Source: Bacteroidales bacterium
Lineage (GTDB): Bacteria > Bacteroidota > Bacteroidia > Bacteroidales > UBA932
Reading direction: 5' to 3'
NCBI GenBank assembly: GCA_051658505.1
Contig: JBOFMS010000002.1
Span: 1 to 37,203 of the forward strand
Length of the DNA stretch: 37,203 nucleotides
Positions 11,201 to 19,148 of this stretch are shown here, piece after piece. Under the pieces are notes generated by a model that saw only the letters and a list, made by a program, of their open reading frames with translations, was not told the DNA's origin and searched no databases. The translations under genes were made by a program, and so were the position numbers. Position 1 is the stretch's first letter. Each line of letters starts with the position of its first letter.

Positions 11201-11613
11201 GTAATACAGCAGAGAAGATCCGTCTGTATCGTGAAATAGACGAACTACAATCAGAATCAGAGATTACTGCTTTCATTGCACGAATGCAAGACCGCTTTGG
11301 CAGATTACCTACTCAAACTCAAGAGTTGTTGAACGTAGTGCGCCTACGGCAATATGCCGTAAAATTAGGGTTTGAAAAAATAATCCTCAAAAATACACGA
11401 ATGACTGCCTACTTTGTACACAATCAAAATAGCCTTTACTACCAAAGTCAAGTATTTACAACGATAATCCAGAATATTGCACAGCACCCCTTACGCTTCA
11501 AAATCAAAGAACAAAACGATAAACTTGCCTTAGCTGCTACGCAAGTAAGTAGTATAAACCAAGCGATGCAAGTACTACAAGTAGTAGGCAAGGCTGCAAC
11601 TCTCCCAATATAA
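8257..11613 (+). CDS. mfd: Transcription-repair coupling factor Mfd
   Basis: 1118 aa with superfamily-2 helicase motifs (GDVGFGKTE, DEEQKFG, TATPIPRTL, QLRGRVGRS), preceded by an RNAP-interaction region and followed by a TRCF C-terminal region. Confidence 0.95.
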   Translation: MTVENLINRFAKQVGFQRLYTALSKPSTNPLFAKQLCGSSKAILTAAMAQKINGLHWIVCDEQEEAAYFYNDVYNLCKGKNVLFFPSNSKKQKGNTEEDTPNTIQRTTCLARIVELTSDDTLCVISYAEAMIDKVVSSETLKKNTLTLHVNEKIDRDFVLETLTEYGFERVDFVYEAGQFAMRGSILDIFSFVDKKPYRLDFFGDEIESIRRFNLNSQLSDDKCTEVEIVPNLRQQQESNKQINLFEFLQQGVSKSYLWFNNYKFNLQQFTKLYKSANDNRHTLMATDEEIHTAIASFSCVSFGNIETKNTFTFNTAPQPTFNKNFKLLANNIEEYLSKGFDNLLLTDSLLQAERMAGILTNTVGKIKGFEQVPIALHEGFVDNVSQMTCYTDHQIFARYHRYQLHGAPDKSERLTIQELNALKVGDYVVHIDHGVGVFGGLVKQDVNGKPHEFIKLTYRDGDVLFVSVHGLHRISRYKSKESEPPKIYKLGNGAWQKLKNASKCKIKDIARDLIALYAKRKESKGFAFAPDSYLQTELEASFIYEDTPDQLKATIAVKNDMEREMPMDRLICGDVGFGKTEIAIRAAFKAVADSKQVAVLVPTTILALQHHKTFCKRLHKLPCRIEYISRFKSLSETKKILTDLEAGKIDIIVGTHKLLSSTIKFKNLGLLIVDEEQKFGVSAKEKLRQLRLNIDTLTLTATPIPRTLQFSLMGARDLSIIQTPPPNRQPIATEVHHFDEELIRNAIEFEITRGGQVFFVHNRVQDIAVIETTIRRICPNVTTVVAHGQMEGNEMEKRVVDFIMGEYDVLIATSIIENGIDIPNANTIIINQANHFGLSDLHQLRGRVGRSNRKAFCYLIAPALDALTHDARRRLRALEEFSDLGSGFNIAMQDLDIRGAGNLLGAEQSGFIAEMGFETYQKILNEAMMELREESKLTSTDEVQTEATSTNAFGLTRSTLFVADCTVETDMEILLPDEYVSNTAEKIRLYREIDELQSESEITAFIARMQDRFGRLPTQTQELLNVVRLRQYAVKLGFEKIILKNTRMTAYFVHNQNSLYYQSQVFTTIIQNIAQHPLRFKIKEQNDKLALAATQVSSINQAMQVLQVVGKAATLPI

Positions 11614-12245
11614 TGATCAACGAACTTAACAAATACTGCCAACAGCATTCATCTCCTGAGCCCGCCTTGCTTACGCAACTTGCACGTGAAACGCACCTGC
11701 GAGCCGTGCAAGCTCGTATGCTATCGCACTGGCAGCAGGGCTTACTACTGCAAACGCTTTCGAAACTTTTGCGACCTACACATATACTTGAAATTGGCAC
11801 ATTTACAGGTTACTCAGCCCTATGTCTTGCCGAGGGATTAACTGCCAATGGACGATTGTACTCCTTTGATGTGAACGATGAGGTGCTAGAGATTGCCAAA
11901 GAGTTCATAGCACGCTCACCCCTACACAAGCAAATTGTAGTGCATCACGGTAATGCGCTTAATGAAGTGCCCTCTTTGAATCTATCCTTTGACCTTGTAT
12001 TTATTGATGGCGACAAGCGTGAATACCCTGCTTATTATCGTATGGCACAAGCTCTTGTTCCAAGTGGTGGACTAATTATTGCCGACAATGTACTGTGGGG
12101 CGACAAGGTACTAAACACACCAAAGGACAATGACACACACACACAAGCTCTTTTAGAGTTTAACAATATGCTTGCGACTGACAGTAGCGTTGAGGTGCTT
12201 ATGCTACCCTTGCGTGATGGTTTATCGATAATACGTAAAAACTAA
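11613..12245 (+). CDS. Class I SAM-dependent O-methyltransferase (family 3, caffeoyl-CoA OMT / YrrM-TrmR-like)
   Basis: ILEIGTFTGYSALCLAEGL (SAM motif I) and FDLVFIDGDKREY; 210 aa. The start shares one base with the mfd stop codon (TAATG). Confidence 0.85.
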   Translation: MINELNKYCQQHSSPEPALLTQLARETHLRAVQARMLSHWQQGLLLQTLSKLLRPTHILEIGTFTGYSALCLAEGLTANGRLYSFDVNDEVLEIAKEFIARSPLHKQIVVHHGNALNEVPSLNLSFDLVFIDGDKREYPAYYRMAQALVPSGGLIIADNVLWGDKVLNTPKDNDTHTQALLEFNNMLATDSSVEVLMLPLRDGLSIIRKN

Positions 12246-12714
12246 AGGAACATCCTCTACCACTTCCTTTCCCCCAAAAATCAAGTCCTACTATGTACTA
12301 AGTGCTTACTTCTAGTTTAGCAATTTATTTAGAGGCTTTCGGCATTTGCGAGGCATTTAATTCACAGCATTGTTGACTGCCCCCTTGCTAAACATTTAAC
12401 AATATATTTTATAAGCAAACCACTATTCTAAGAAAAGAATGGCAATATAGGAAGAGTACTTGCCATTAATGTCTTATAGTAAATTGCAAATATCTGCCGA
12501 CTGCTCCGTAGCATTTTGTGTAATTATAGTATAGTGGTCAAATACAATTTATAATTTTGTGTACAGCATATCACTTTTCGGGATCAAGTATTTAAGTACT
12601 GAGCGTACTGCCTCTATCAAGCCATCTCAAACTTTATCAGGTACTTATTGGATAAATAATGCAAGTATATTTTTGGTAAAAAAAATGGCTTGTCACAATA
12701 TTTATAAAAAACAT

Positions 12715-12722
12715 TATCTTTG
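12715..12722 (+). promoter_or_regulatory. -7 box (TAnnTTTG) upstream of the TPR gene
   Basis: TATCTTTG lies 36 nt before the ATG at 12759. Confidence 0.45.
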
Positions 12723-12758
12723 CGGGCAGAAAATCAATTATCTTAATAAACAATCGTT

Positions 12759-14078
12759 ATGAAAAAACAGTTTTTACTTTTTGTAAGCGTACTTTTTGCT
12801 ACAATTACAATAGCGCAAGTGCAAATCAGTTTAGCGAATCTTCAGTCGCTACGTAAAAATATTGCAAAACATAAAGAAAATACCGTTAATCCAAAAAAAG
12901 AAACAAATCCAAAAACATGGATTTCTTACGCCGAAACTCTTGCAGAGGCATACGATAAAAGTAGAATGGGAGTAATGCCAGGTATGCACAAATCTATTTT
13001 TATGACATTAAAAAAAGAGATAAAAAAGCAAACTGTTGATGGTAAGGAGTATGAGATATTTGTATTTCCAAACATTGAAATTTATTTTACTGAAACAGGT
13101 GCACTCTTTGCATGGAAAGAAACTGAGGTAGTAGTTGAAAACATTTTGACACAAAGTTATGAGGCATACTTAAAGGCACAGACATTAGATGAAAAAGGCA
13201 GTCAACAAAAAAAGATTGCAAAGGGTTTGCAAAGCCTTGCTGCTAAATTGAGCAACGAAGGTATTAACGCATACTCCTTACTTGACCTCAAAGTTGCACA
13301 AAAAAACTTCATGAAAACCGTTGATATCAGCATGCACCCTTTCATCAATAAAATTGATACAGTAATGGCATACTATGCCCTTGTAATGTCGGTTAATGAC
13401 TCCCTAAAGGACTATGACAACGCAGTACGCTATGGTAAAATGTGTATGGACAACGCATACTTTGATGGCGGAACAGTACACTTAAGTCTTGCAAAAGCGT
13501 ACGCTGCAAAAAAAGACTCAACAATGCAAGAAAAAGTGCTACAAGAGGCGTTTGTAAAGTTTCCAAAAAATCAAAACATCTTGATAGAACTTATCAACAT
13601 GTATCTTGCCTCTGGCGATGACGCTCGCAAAGTAATTCCATTCCTAAAGCAAGCACAAGTTAATGAGCCGAACAACTCCACACTTTTTTTTGCCGAAGCA
13701 ACCTTGTACGAACAACTAAAAATGTTTGAAGATGCAGAACGTATGTACAAAAAAACAATGGAGATAGACTCAACAAACTACAATGCTTACTATAACTTAG
13801 GAGCACTGTACTACAACAAAGCAGTTGAACATATTCAAGAGGCAAATGGAATTAAAGATTGGCAAAGTCCAAAAATTAAAGAACTTGAGGAGTTGGCAAA
13901 TGCTCAATTCAAAAAAGCACTACCTAACTTTGAGAAAGCACACCTTTTACAGCCTAAAGACAAATATTCACTTGAAAACGTAAAAAACATCTACTTCCGC
14001 TTTCGAAACGATAGCCCAGAGATGAGTGAGGCTTTCGAAAAATACAATGATAAGTTGAAACAATTAGAAGGCAACTAA
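12759..14078 (+). CDS. Secreted tetratricopeptide-repeat (TPR) protein
   Basis: 439 aa with an N-terminal signal peptide. Several TPR-like units are visible, for example AYYNLGALYYNKA and LFFAEATLYEQLKMFEDAERMYKKTMEID. Confidence 0.75.
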   Translation: MKKQFLLFVSVLFATITIAQVQISLANLQSLRKNIAKHKENTVNPKKETNPKTWISYAETLAEAYDKSRMGVMPGMHKSIFMTLKKEIKKQTVDGKEYEIFVFPNIEIYFTETGALFAWKETEVVVENILTQSYEAYLKAQTLDEKGSQQKKIAKGLQSLAAKLSNEGINAYSLLDLKVAQKNFMKTVDISMHPFINKIDTVMAYYALVMSVNDSLKDYDNAVRYGKMCMDNAYFDGGTVHLSLAKAYAAKKDSTMQEKVLQEAFVKFPKNQNILIELINMYLASGDDARKVIPFLKQAQVNEPNNSTLFFAEATLYEQLKMFEDAERMYKKTMEIDSTNYNAYYNLGALYYNKAVEHIQEANGIKDWQSPKIKELEELANAQFKKALPNFEKAHLLQPKDKYSLENVKNIYFRFRNDSPEMSEAFEKYNDKLKQLEGN

Positions 14079-14090
14079 TTCTATATGCAA

Positions 14091-14120
14091 AAAACAACCT
14101 CCAATGGAGGTTGTTTTTTT
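14091..14120 (+). terminator. Intrinsic terminator after the TPR gene
   Basis: ACAACCTCC (14094-14102) pairs perfectly with GGAGGTTGT (14107-14115) across the loop AATG, extended by A/T pairs and followed by a T-run. Confidence 0.8.
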
Positions 14121-14150
14121 ATAATCTATCTCACTCTAATTTTACTAATT

Positions 14151-15389
14151 ATGATAACCATTAAACCCTTCAAAGGCGTACGCCCACCAAAAGAACTAGC
14201 AAGCCAAGTAGCCTCTCGTCCCTATGATGTATTAAACTCAGAAGAAGCAAAAGTTGAAGCTGGCGAAAAATCGCTGCTCCACATTATAAAGCCCGAAATT
14301 GACTTTACCCCAATAGCCGATGAACACGACCCAAAAGTGTATCAAAAAGCTGTGGAAAATTATAAGTTGTGGAAACAGCAACAATGGCTTGTGCAAGACC
14401 AACAAGAGCATTACTACATCTACGCTCAAACTATGGGCGCACGCACACAGTATGGACTTGTTGCTTGTTGCCATTTTGAAGATTACCTGAGTGGAAAAAT
14501 AAAAAAACACGAACTTACTCGCAAAGAAAAAGAAGATGATCGCATGGCACATGTCCAAGCACAAAACGCTAACTTAGAACCCGTATTTTTTGCCTATCCC
14601 GCAATTGATGAAATGGACAAAATAGTAGAAACTATGACCAAAAACACTCCAGAGTATGACTTTATTGCAGCCGATGGCTTTGGGCATAAGTTTTGGGTAA
14701 TTGCAGATGAGGCTATCAACAAGCGCATCACACAAATCTTTGCACAAACACCTGCCCTTTATGTAGCCGATGGTCACCATCGCACTGCTGCAGCAGCACG
14801 TGTGGGCTTGGAGAAAAAACAAGCAAATCCCAATCACACAGGCAATGAAGAGTATTGCTACTTTTTATCGGTTCTCTTCCCTGATAACCAATTGGCAATT
14901 ATGGACTATAATCGGGTAGTAAAAGATCTAAATGGATTTAGCTCTGAACAATTTTTAGAACAACTGCAAACTCACTTCACAGTAGAAAAAAAAGGAGCAA
15001 GTAAGTATACCCCCTGCGCCCTGCATAACTTTTCAATGTACTTAAAAGGCACATGGTATTCACTTACAGCCAAGCAAGGCACTTACAACGACAATGACCC
15101 CATTGGCATACTTGATGTTACCGTATTAAGCCAACTTGTTCTTGATAATATATTAGGAATAAAAGACTTGCGTATCGACAAGCGCATTGATTTTATAGGA
15201 GGAATACGTGGCTTAGCCGAACTACAAAAACGTGTAGATAGTGGAGAAATGGCTGTAGCATTTGCACTATACCCAGTATCTATGCAACAATTGATAGACA
15301 TTGCTGATACGGATAATATTATGCCTCCAAAAACTACATGGTTTGAACCTAAACTGCGCAGTGGGTTAGTTGTACACGAATTAACTTAG
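14151..15389 (+). CDS. DUF1015 family protein (conserved, function unknown)
   Basis: IKPFKGVRP...SRPYDVLNSEEA at the N-terminus and an ADGHHR motif, both typical of DUF1015. I use the ATG at 14151 because the ORF-track ATG at 14085 sits inside or ahead of the upstream terminator hairpin. Confidence 0.8.
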   Translation: MITIKPFKGVRPPKELASQVASRPYDVLNSEEAKVEAGEKSLLHIIKPEIDFTPIADEHDPKVYQKAVENYKLWKQQQWLVQDQQEHYYIYAQTMGARTQYGLVACCHFEDYLSGKIKKHELTRKEKEDDRMAHVQAQNANLEPVFFAYPAIDEMDKIVETMTKNTPEYDFIAADGFGHKFWVIADEAINKRITQIFAQTPALYVADGHHRTAAAARVGLEKKQANPNHTGNEEYCYFLSVLFPDNQLAIMDYNRVVKDLNGFSSEQFLEQLQTHFTVEKKGASKYTPCALHNFSMYLKGTWYSLTAKQGTYNDNDPIGILDVTVLSQLVLDNILGIKDLRIDKRIDFIGGIRGLAELQKRVDSGEMAVAFALYPVSMQQLIDIADTDNIMPPKTTWFEPKLRSGLVVHELT

Positions 15390-15428
15390 AAAAGCCCAAG
15401 ACAAGTTTGCGCAATTCAAAAAAACAAT

Positions 15429-15436
15429 TAACTTTG
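15429..15436 (+). promoter_or_regulatory. -7 box (TAnnTTTG) upstream of tRNA-Ser
   Basis: TAACTTTG lies 21 nt before the first tRNA base. Confidence 0.5.
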
Positions 15437-15457
15437 CGGACGAAATTTTTGGAAGAA

Positions 15458-15546
15458 GGTGGGGTGGGTGAGTGGCTGAAACCACCAGTTTGCTAAACTG
15501 ACGTACTGAGCAATCGGTACCGGGGGTTCGAATCCCCCCCTCACCG
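15458..15546 (+). tRNA. tRNA-Ser (anticodon GCU), type II with a long variable arm
   Basis: Hand-folded. The acceptor stem GGTGGGG/CCTCACC has one G-U pair. The D-stem is 3 bp with a GG-containing loop. The anticodon loop is TTGCTAA (anticodon GCT). The variable arm is about 20 nt. The T-arm is GGGGG-TTCGAAT-CCCCC. The discriminator is G, and CCA is not encoded. Confidence 0.9.
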
Positions 15547-15584
15547 CAAATATTTTGCTTTAAAATAAATCTTTCAACAGTATT

Positions 15585-15618
15585 AAAAACAGCAAACTTG
15601 GTTTGCTGTTTTTTTTAA
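15585..15618 (+). terminator. Intrinsic terminator after tRNA-Ser
   Basis: ACAGCAAA (15589-15596) pairs with TTTGCTGT (15602-15609), followed by an 8-nt T-run. Confidence 0.75.
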
Positions 15619-15660
15619 TACAAGCCAAGATATTTGGCAAAACACAAATGCACATTATTG

Positions 15661-16635
15661 ATGCAGTTATCTGAGATACAAAACCTTGTAAAAAAAGAAC
15701 TTGATGCCTTTGAGAATTACTTCAAGCAACAACTTCAATCACCAGTTCCACTACTAGCAACCATAACCCAGCAAGTATTTAGGAGCAAAGGAAAACAATT
15801 ACGTCCACTTTTGGTATTTTTATCGGCAAAAATCAACGGCAATATTACTCCAAAAACTTATGTAGGAGCAAGTCTTGTAGAGTTGCTACACTCTGCCACA
15901 CTTATGCATGATGATGTAGTGGATGATGCCGAAAAACGCCGGAGTTTTCTCTCCACAAAAGCCCTTTGGAACTCTAAAACAGCTGTTCTTGCAGGCGATT
16001 TTCTGCTTGCACGAGGTATGTTACTTGCTGTTGAAAACAAGGCAACGGACTTTCTAGAAATCATCTCAAATGCAATTCATCTAATGAGCGAGGGCGAATT
16101 GCAACAAATGGAACGAGCTAAATATCTGCGCCAGTCAGAAGAAGAATACTTTGAGGTTATCTACAAAAAAACAGCAACACTCATTGAAAGTTGTACTGCA
16201 ATTGGAGCATACTCTTCCAATGCCAATGAGCAGCAGGTGCAAGCAATGCGCACATATGGAAGGCATTTAGGCACAGCTTATCAACTACGTGATGATGCTA
16301 TGGATTATATGGTAGAAAACCCATTATTTGGCAAGGCAAAAGGCAATGATGTAAGAGAAAAAAAAATCACACTCCCGTTAATATTCGCTCTAAATAAGGT
16401 CGATAAACAATTGCAAAAACAAATATTATCTTGGGTAGCAACAGCAAAGTTTACACCAAAACTCGCACAAAAAACCATTGATTTTGTAATACAACACAAG
16501 GGGATAGACCATTGCAATATCCACGCACAAAAAGAATGCGATTTGGCAAAAACTGCACTTAATATATATCCTGCATCAGTAGAAAGAAATGCACTTTGCT
16601 CCCTTGCGGAATATGCAATCACTCGCACAAAGTAA
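15661..16635 (+). CDS. Polyprenyl diphosphate synthase (trans-IPPS, long-chain, IspB-like)
   Basis: First aspartate-rich motif LMHDDVVDD and second aspartate-rich motif RDDAMDY. I prefer the ATG at 15661 (324 aa) over the TTG at 15634. Confidence 0.88.
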   Translation: MQLSEIQNLVKKELDAFENYFKQQLQSPVPLLATITQQVFRSKGKQLRPLLVFLSAKINGNITPKTYVGASLVELLHSATLMHDDVVDDAEKRRSFLSTKALWNSKTAVLAGDFLLARGMLLAVENKATDFLEIISNAIHLMSEGELQQMERAKYLRQSEEEYFEVIYKKTATLIESCTAIGAYSSNANEQQVQAMRTYGRHLGTAYQLRDDAMDYMVENPLFGKAKGNDVREKKITLPLIFALNKVDKQLQKQILSWVATAKFTPKLAQKTIDFVIQHKGIDHCNIHAQKECDLAKTALNIYPASVERNALCSLAEYAITRTK

Positions 16636-16677
16636 AATGTTCATAACTCACAATGGTGCGAATTATGAACATTTTAC
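16632..16677 (+). terminator. 15-bp perfect inverted repeat overlapping the stop codon (terminator or protein-binding palindrome)
   Basis: GTAAAATGTTCATAA (16632-16646) pairs with TTATGAACATTTTAC (16663-16677) across a 16-nt loop. There is no strong T-run beyond the stem. Confidence 0.5.
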
Positions 16678-16719
16678 TTTAACCCACAAATCCAAAATAT
16701 TACGACAATAGAAAAGTAT

Positions 16720-16727
16720 TATCTTTG
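16720..16727 (+). promoter_or_regulatory. -7 box (TAnnTTTG) upstream of the nucleoside phosphorylase gene
   Basis: TATCTTTG lies 35 nt before the ATG at 16763. Confidence 0.5.
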
Positions 16728-16762
16728 CTAAAGTTGTGACAGATAATAAAACATGAAAAATT

Positions 16763-17632
16763 ATGCGTCCTATTCCATCATCTGAACTTATCATAAATGA
16801 AGACCGCAGTATCTTTCATTTGCATCTACAGCCTCACGAAATTGCCGACACTATCATACTTGTGGGCGACCCTGCACGTGTGGCAAATGTATCAGCACAC
16901 TTCAGTAAAATTGAAACCAGAAAAGCCAATCGTGAATTTGTAAGCCATACAGGTATTTACAAAGGCACACGTATGACTGTAATTTCTACAGGCATTGGCA
17001 CAGATAATATTGACATTGTGGTTAATGAACTTGATGCTTTGGCAAACATCGACCTAAAAACTCGCCTACAAAAAGAAAAAAAACGCTCACTACGCCTTGT
17101 GCGTTTGGGTACTTCTGGAGCATTACAACCCGACATTCCTTTAGGATCAATGGTTTGCTCACATATTTGTATTGGTTTTGATGGACTGCTGAATTTTTAT
17201 GCAAATCGCAATGAGGTTAGCCTTTTAGATATGGAAGTCGCCTTCATGAAGCACTCCTCATGGAGTGAACTTTGTGCAAAACCCTATTTTGTAGAAAACT
17301 CTCAAACCTTAATTTCACTTTTTGCAGATAGTACCATTGAAGGAATCACTATTTCTGCCCCTGGCTTTTATGGTCCCCAAGGCAGAGTTTTGCGCTTGCC
17401 TCTTGCCAATGAGTCCCTAAATAGCAAGATAGAAACATTTCACTTTGGAGAAAAACGCATCACTAACTTTGAGATGGAAAGTTCTGCCATTGCAGGATTA
17501 TCCAAACTCTTGAACCATGAGGCATTAACCATCTGTACAGTTATTGCCAATCGCTCTGTACTTAACATGAATATTAATTACCAAAAGGCGGTAAATGACA
17601 TGATTGAGTTGGCTCTCGACAAACTCAAGTAG
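16763..17632 (+). CDS. Nucleoside phosphorylase family protein (PNP_UDP_1; uridine phosphorylase-like)
   Basis: ILVGDPARV, RLGTSGAL and FEMESSAI motifs; 289 aa. Confidence 0.8.
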   Translation: MRPIPSSELIINEDRSIFHLHLQPHEIADTIILVGDPARVANVSAHFSKIETRKANREFVSHTGIYKGTRMTVISTGIGTDNIDIVVNELDALANIDLKTRLQKEKKRSLRLVRLGTSGALQPDIPLGSMVCSHICIGFDGLLNFYANRNEVSLLDMEVAFMKHSSWSELCAKPYFVENSQTLISLFADSTIEGITISAPGFYGPQGRVLRLPLANESLNSKIETFHFGEKRITNFEMESSAIAGLSKLLNHEALTICTVIANRSVLNMNINYQKAVNDMIELALDKLK

Positions 17633-17648
17633 CACAATTCAGGAAACT

Positions 17649-18497
17649 ATGCTTGATAAAGAACTTACATCACTCATCTCTTTGCTTGATGATGATGATG
17701 TTGAAATGGTAGACACAATTATAAATCGGCTATGTAAGTTAGGAGAACAGATTATTCCCTCACTACAATCGGCATGGCTAAATGCTCAACACGAGTTACA
17801 TGCAGAACGCATCAATTTTGTAATTCAAACCATACACGAAACTGCAAGTAAGGGGGAGTTGCTAGATTGGGTTAAAAGTGGAGCAAAAGATATGCTAACT
17901 GGGGTATTATGCGTATGTAAATTACTTGAACCTAAAATTTCACTAAACAAAGTAAAAGAACAGTTTGAAAGCATTATTGCAAGTATTTGGATTGAGTTGC
18001 ATGATGAGTTAACCGCACTTGAAAAAGTTAATGTAATCAATCAAGTCTTATTTACTCAACACAAGTTCACCGCCACAATTTCGCAAATTAAAGAAAAACA
18101 TTTGCTACTGAGCAAAGCATTACCTCGACGTAATGGAGCACACATCACTCTCTCTATACTATATACTTGCATTGCACAACGCCTAAAACTCCCAATTACT
18201 GGAGTTGCACACCCACAAAGCACAATACTTGTTTACTATGATTCACCTAATAAAGACTGTCTTTTTTTTATAGATCCTTTGCGAGGAGGCATTTTTGGTA
18301 AAAAAAAGTTGATCAATATCGTTCAACGATTCAAAGGCGACAAAGATATTAGCGAAGATAGTTTTTTCCCATGCAGCAACACTACCCTACTCTATCGCTA
18401 CGTATATCTTTTACAAAATTTTTATCGTAATACAGGAAAAGAGGACCAACTTAATTTGGCAGAAGAAACTCTAAAAATCATAGCCAGCAAAACCTAA
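17649..18497 (+). CDS. Transglutaminase-like (SirB1 N-terminal / Transglut_core2-like) family protein
   Basis: The ATG at 17649 avoids overlap with the upstream gene. The segment RRNGAHITLSILYTCIAQRLKLPITGVAHPQSTILVYY resembles the SirB1-type core as I recall it. Confidence 0.55.
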   Translation: MLDKELTSLISLLDDDDVEMVDTIINRLCKLGEQIIPSLQSAWLNAQHELHAERINFVIQTIHETASKGELLDWVKSGAKDMLTGVLCVCKLLEPKISLNKVKEQFESIIASIWIELHDELTALEKVNVINQVLFTQHKFTATISQIKEKHLLLSKALPRRNGAHITLSILYTCIAQRLKLPITGVAHPQSTILVYYDSPNKDCLFFIDPLRGGIFGKKKLINIVQRFKGDKDISEDSFFPCSNTTLLYRYVYLLQNFYRNTGKEDQLNLAEETLKIIASKT

Positions 18498-18523
18498 CTT
18501 TTGGCAGAGTTTTATGCAAAAGT

Positions 18524-19111
18524 CTAAGCAATAAACTTACCTTGCAGTCTTACTTGCTTGGCCAATTGCCTTGCTTGACCTTGAGTGCAGAAATCAAGCA
18601 ATTTCCAAAAATGCACGCTATGATTATGATGTACTGTATGACAAAGTTCGTGCAATATCACATAGTCAATTAACTCATTAGGCAAATGCATCAAATATAA
18701 ACTAAAGTTGAGATTGTTGCGAGATGAGCAACTTCCCCAACGGCTACGCATATTTTTTATGGAAATTTTGTTGAATAAAAACCCATAACGTTCGGCAAAC
18801 ATTGCAACCCGAGGGGGAAAATATTCTTTTGCCAAAATACGCATCCGCACAATATCTTCGTCTAAAAAATGTGTGCGTAAGTGCTCAACCTCAAGCATTC
18901 TCCGCTGCGCGTCTTTTATCCACTCTTGTTTTTCTAACAAAAAAGCATTGGCTTTGCGATAAGAAATATAGTGCGAAATATTAACCTGCACTAAGCGACT
19001 TCCTTTTACAATAATGCGAATACCTCGAATGCATTGTTTTTTATGGAAAATAATTTCGCCTAATTCTGGGTGGCTAAAAAGATAAGGCGTCGATTGATCT
19101 ACGTTTACCAT
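18524..19111 (-). CDS. YgjP-like M48/DUF45 family metallohydrolase
   Basis: HELCHTVHHNHSVHFW is the zinc HExxH motif followed by the NHS..FW signature of DUF45. I prefer the ATG at 19111, one codon inside the TTG at 19114. Confidence 0.82.
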   Translation of the reverse strand: MVNVDQSTPYLFSHPELGEIIFHKKQCIRGIRIIVKGSRLVQVNISHYISYRKANAFLLEKQEWIKDAQRRMLEVEHLRTHFLDEDIVRMRILAKEYFPPRVAMFAERYGFLFNKISIKNMRSRWGSCSSRNNLNFSLYLMHLPNELIDYVILHELCHTVHHNHSVHFWKLLDFCTQGQARQLAKQVRLQGKFIA

Positions 19112-19148
19112 CAAAGGAAGTTGTTACCAACTCAAAAAAACGCAAAAA

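Noticed and set aside
12559-12762. 67-aa ORF (GTG start) in the spacer before the TPR gene
   Set aside because: It has no recognisable motif, starts on the last base of a promoter-like box, and runs across the TPR gene's -7 box and start codon. Its composition is typical of A+T-rich non-coding DNA.
14085-14150. ORF-track start of the DUF1015 gene at 14085
   Set aside because: The extra 22 codons run through the upstream intrinsic terminator hairpin and T-run. The family N-terminus (IKPFKG.RP) begins right after the ATG at 14151.
15458-15546. Alternative identity tRNA-Leu for the type II tRNA
   Set aside because: The 7-nt anticodon loop TTGCTAA places GCT at positions 34-36. The 3-bp D-stem and G73 discriminator also fit Ser rather than Leu.
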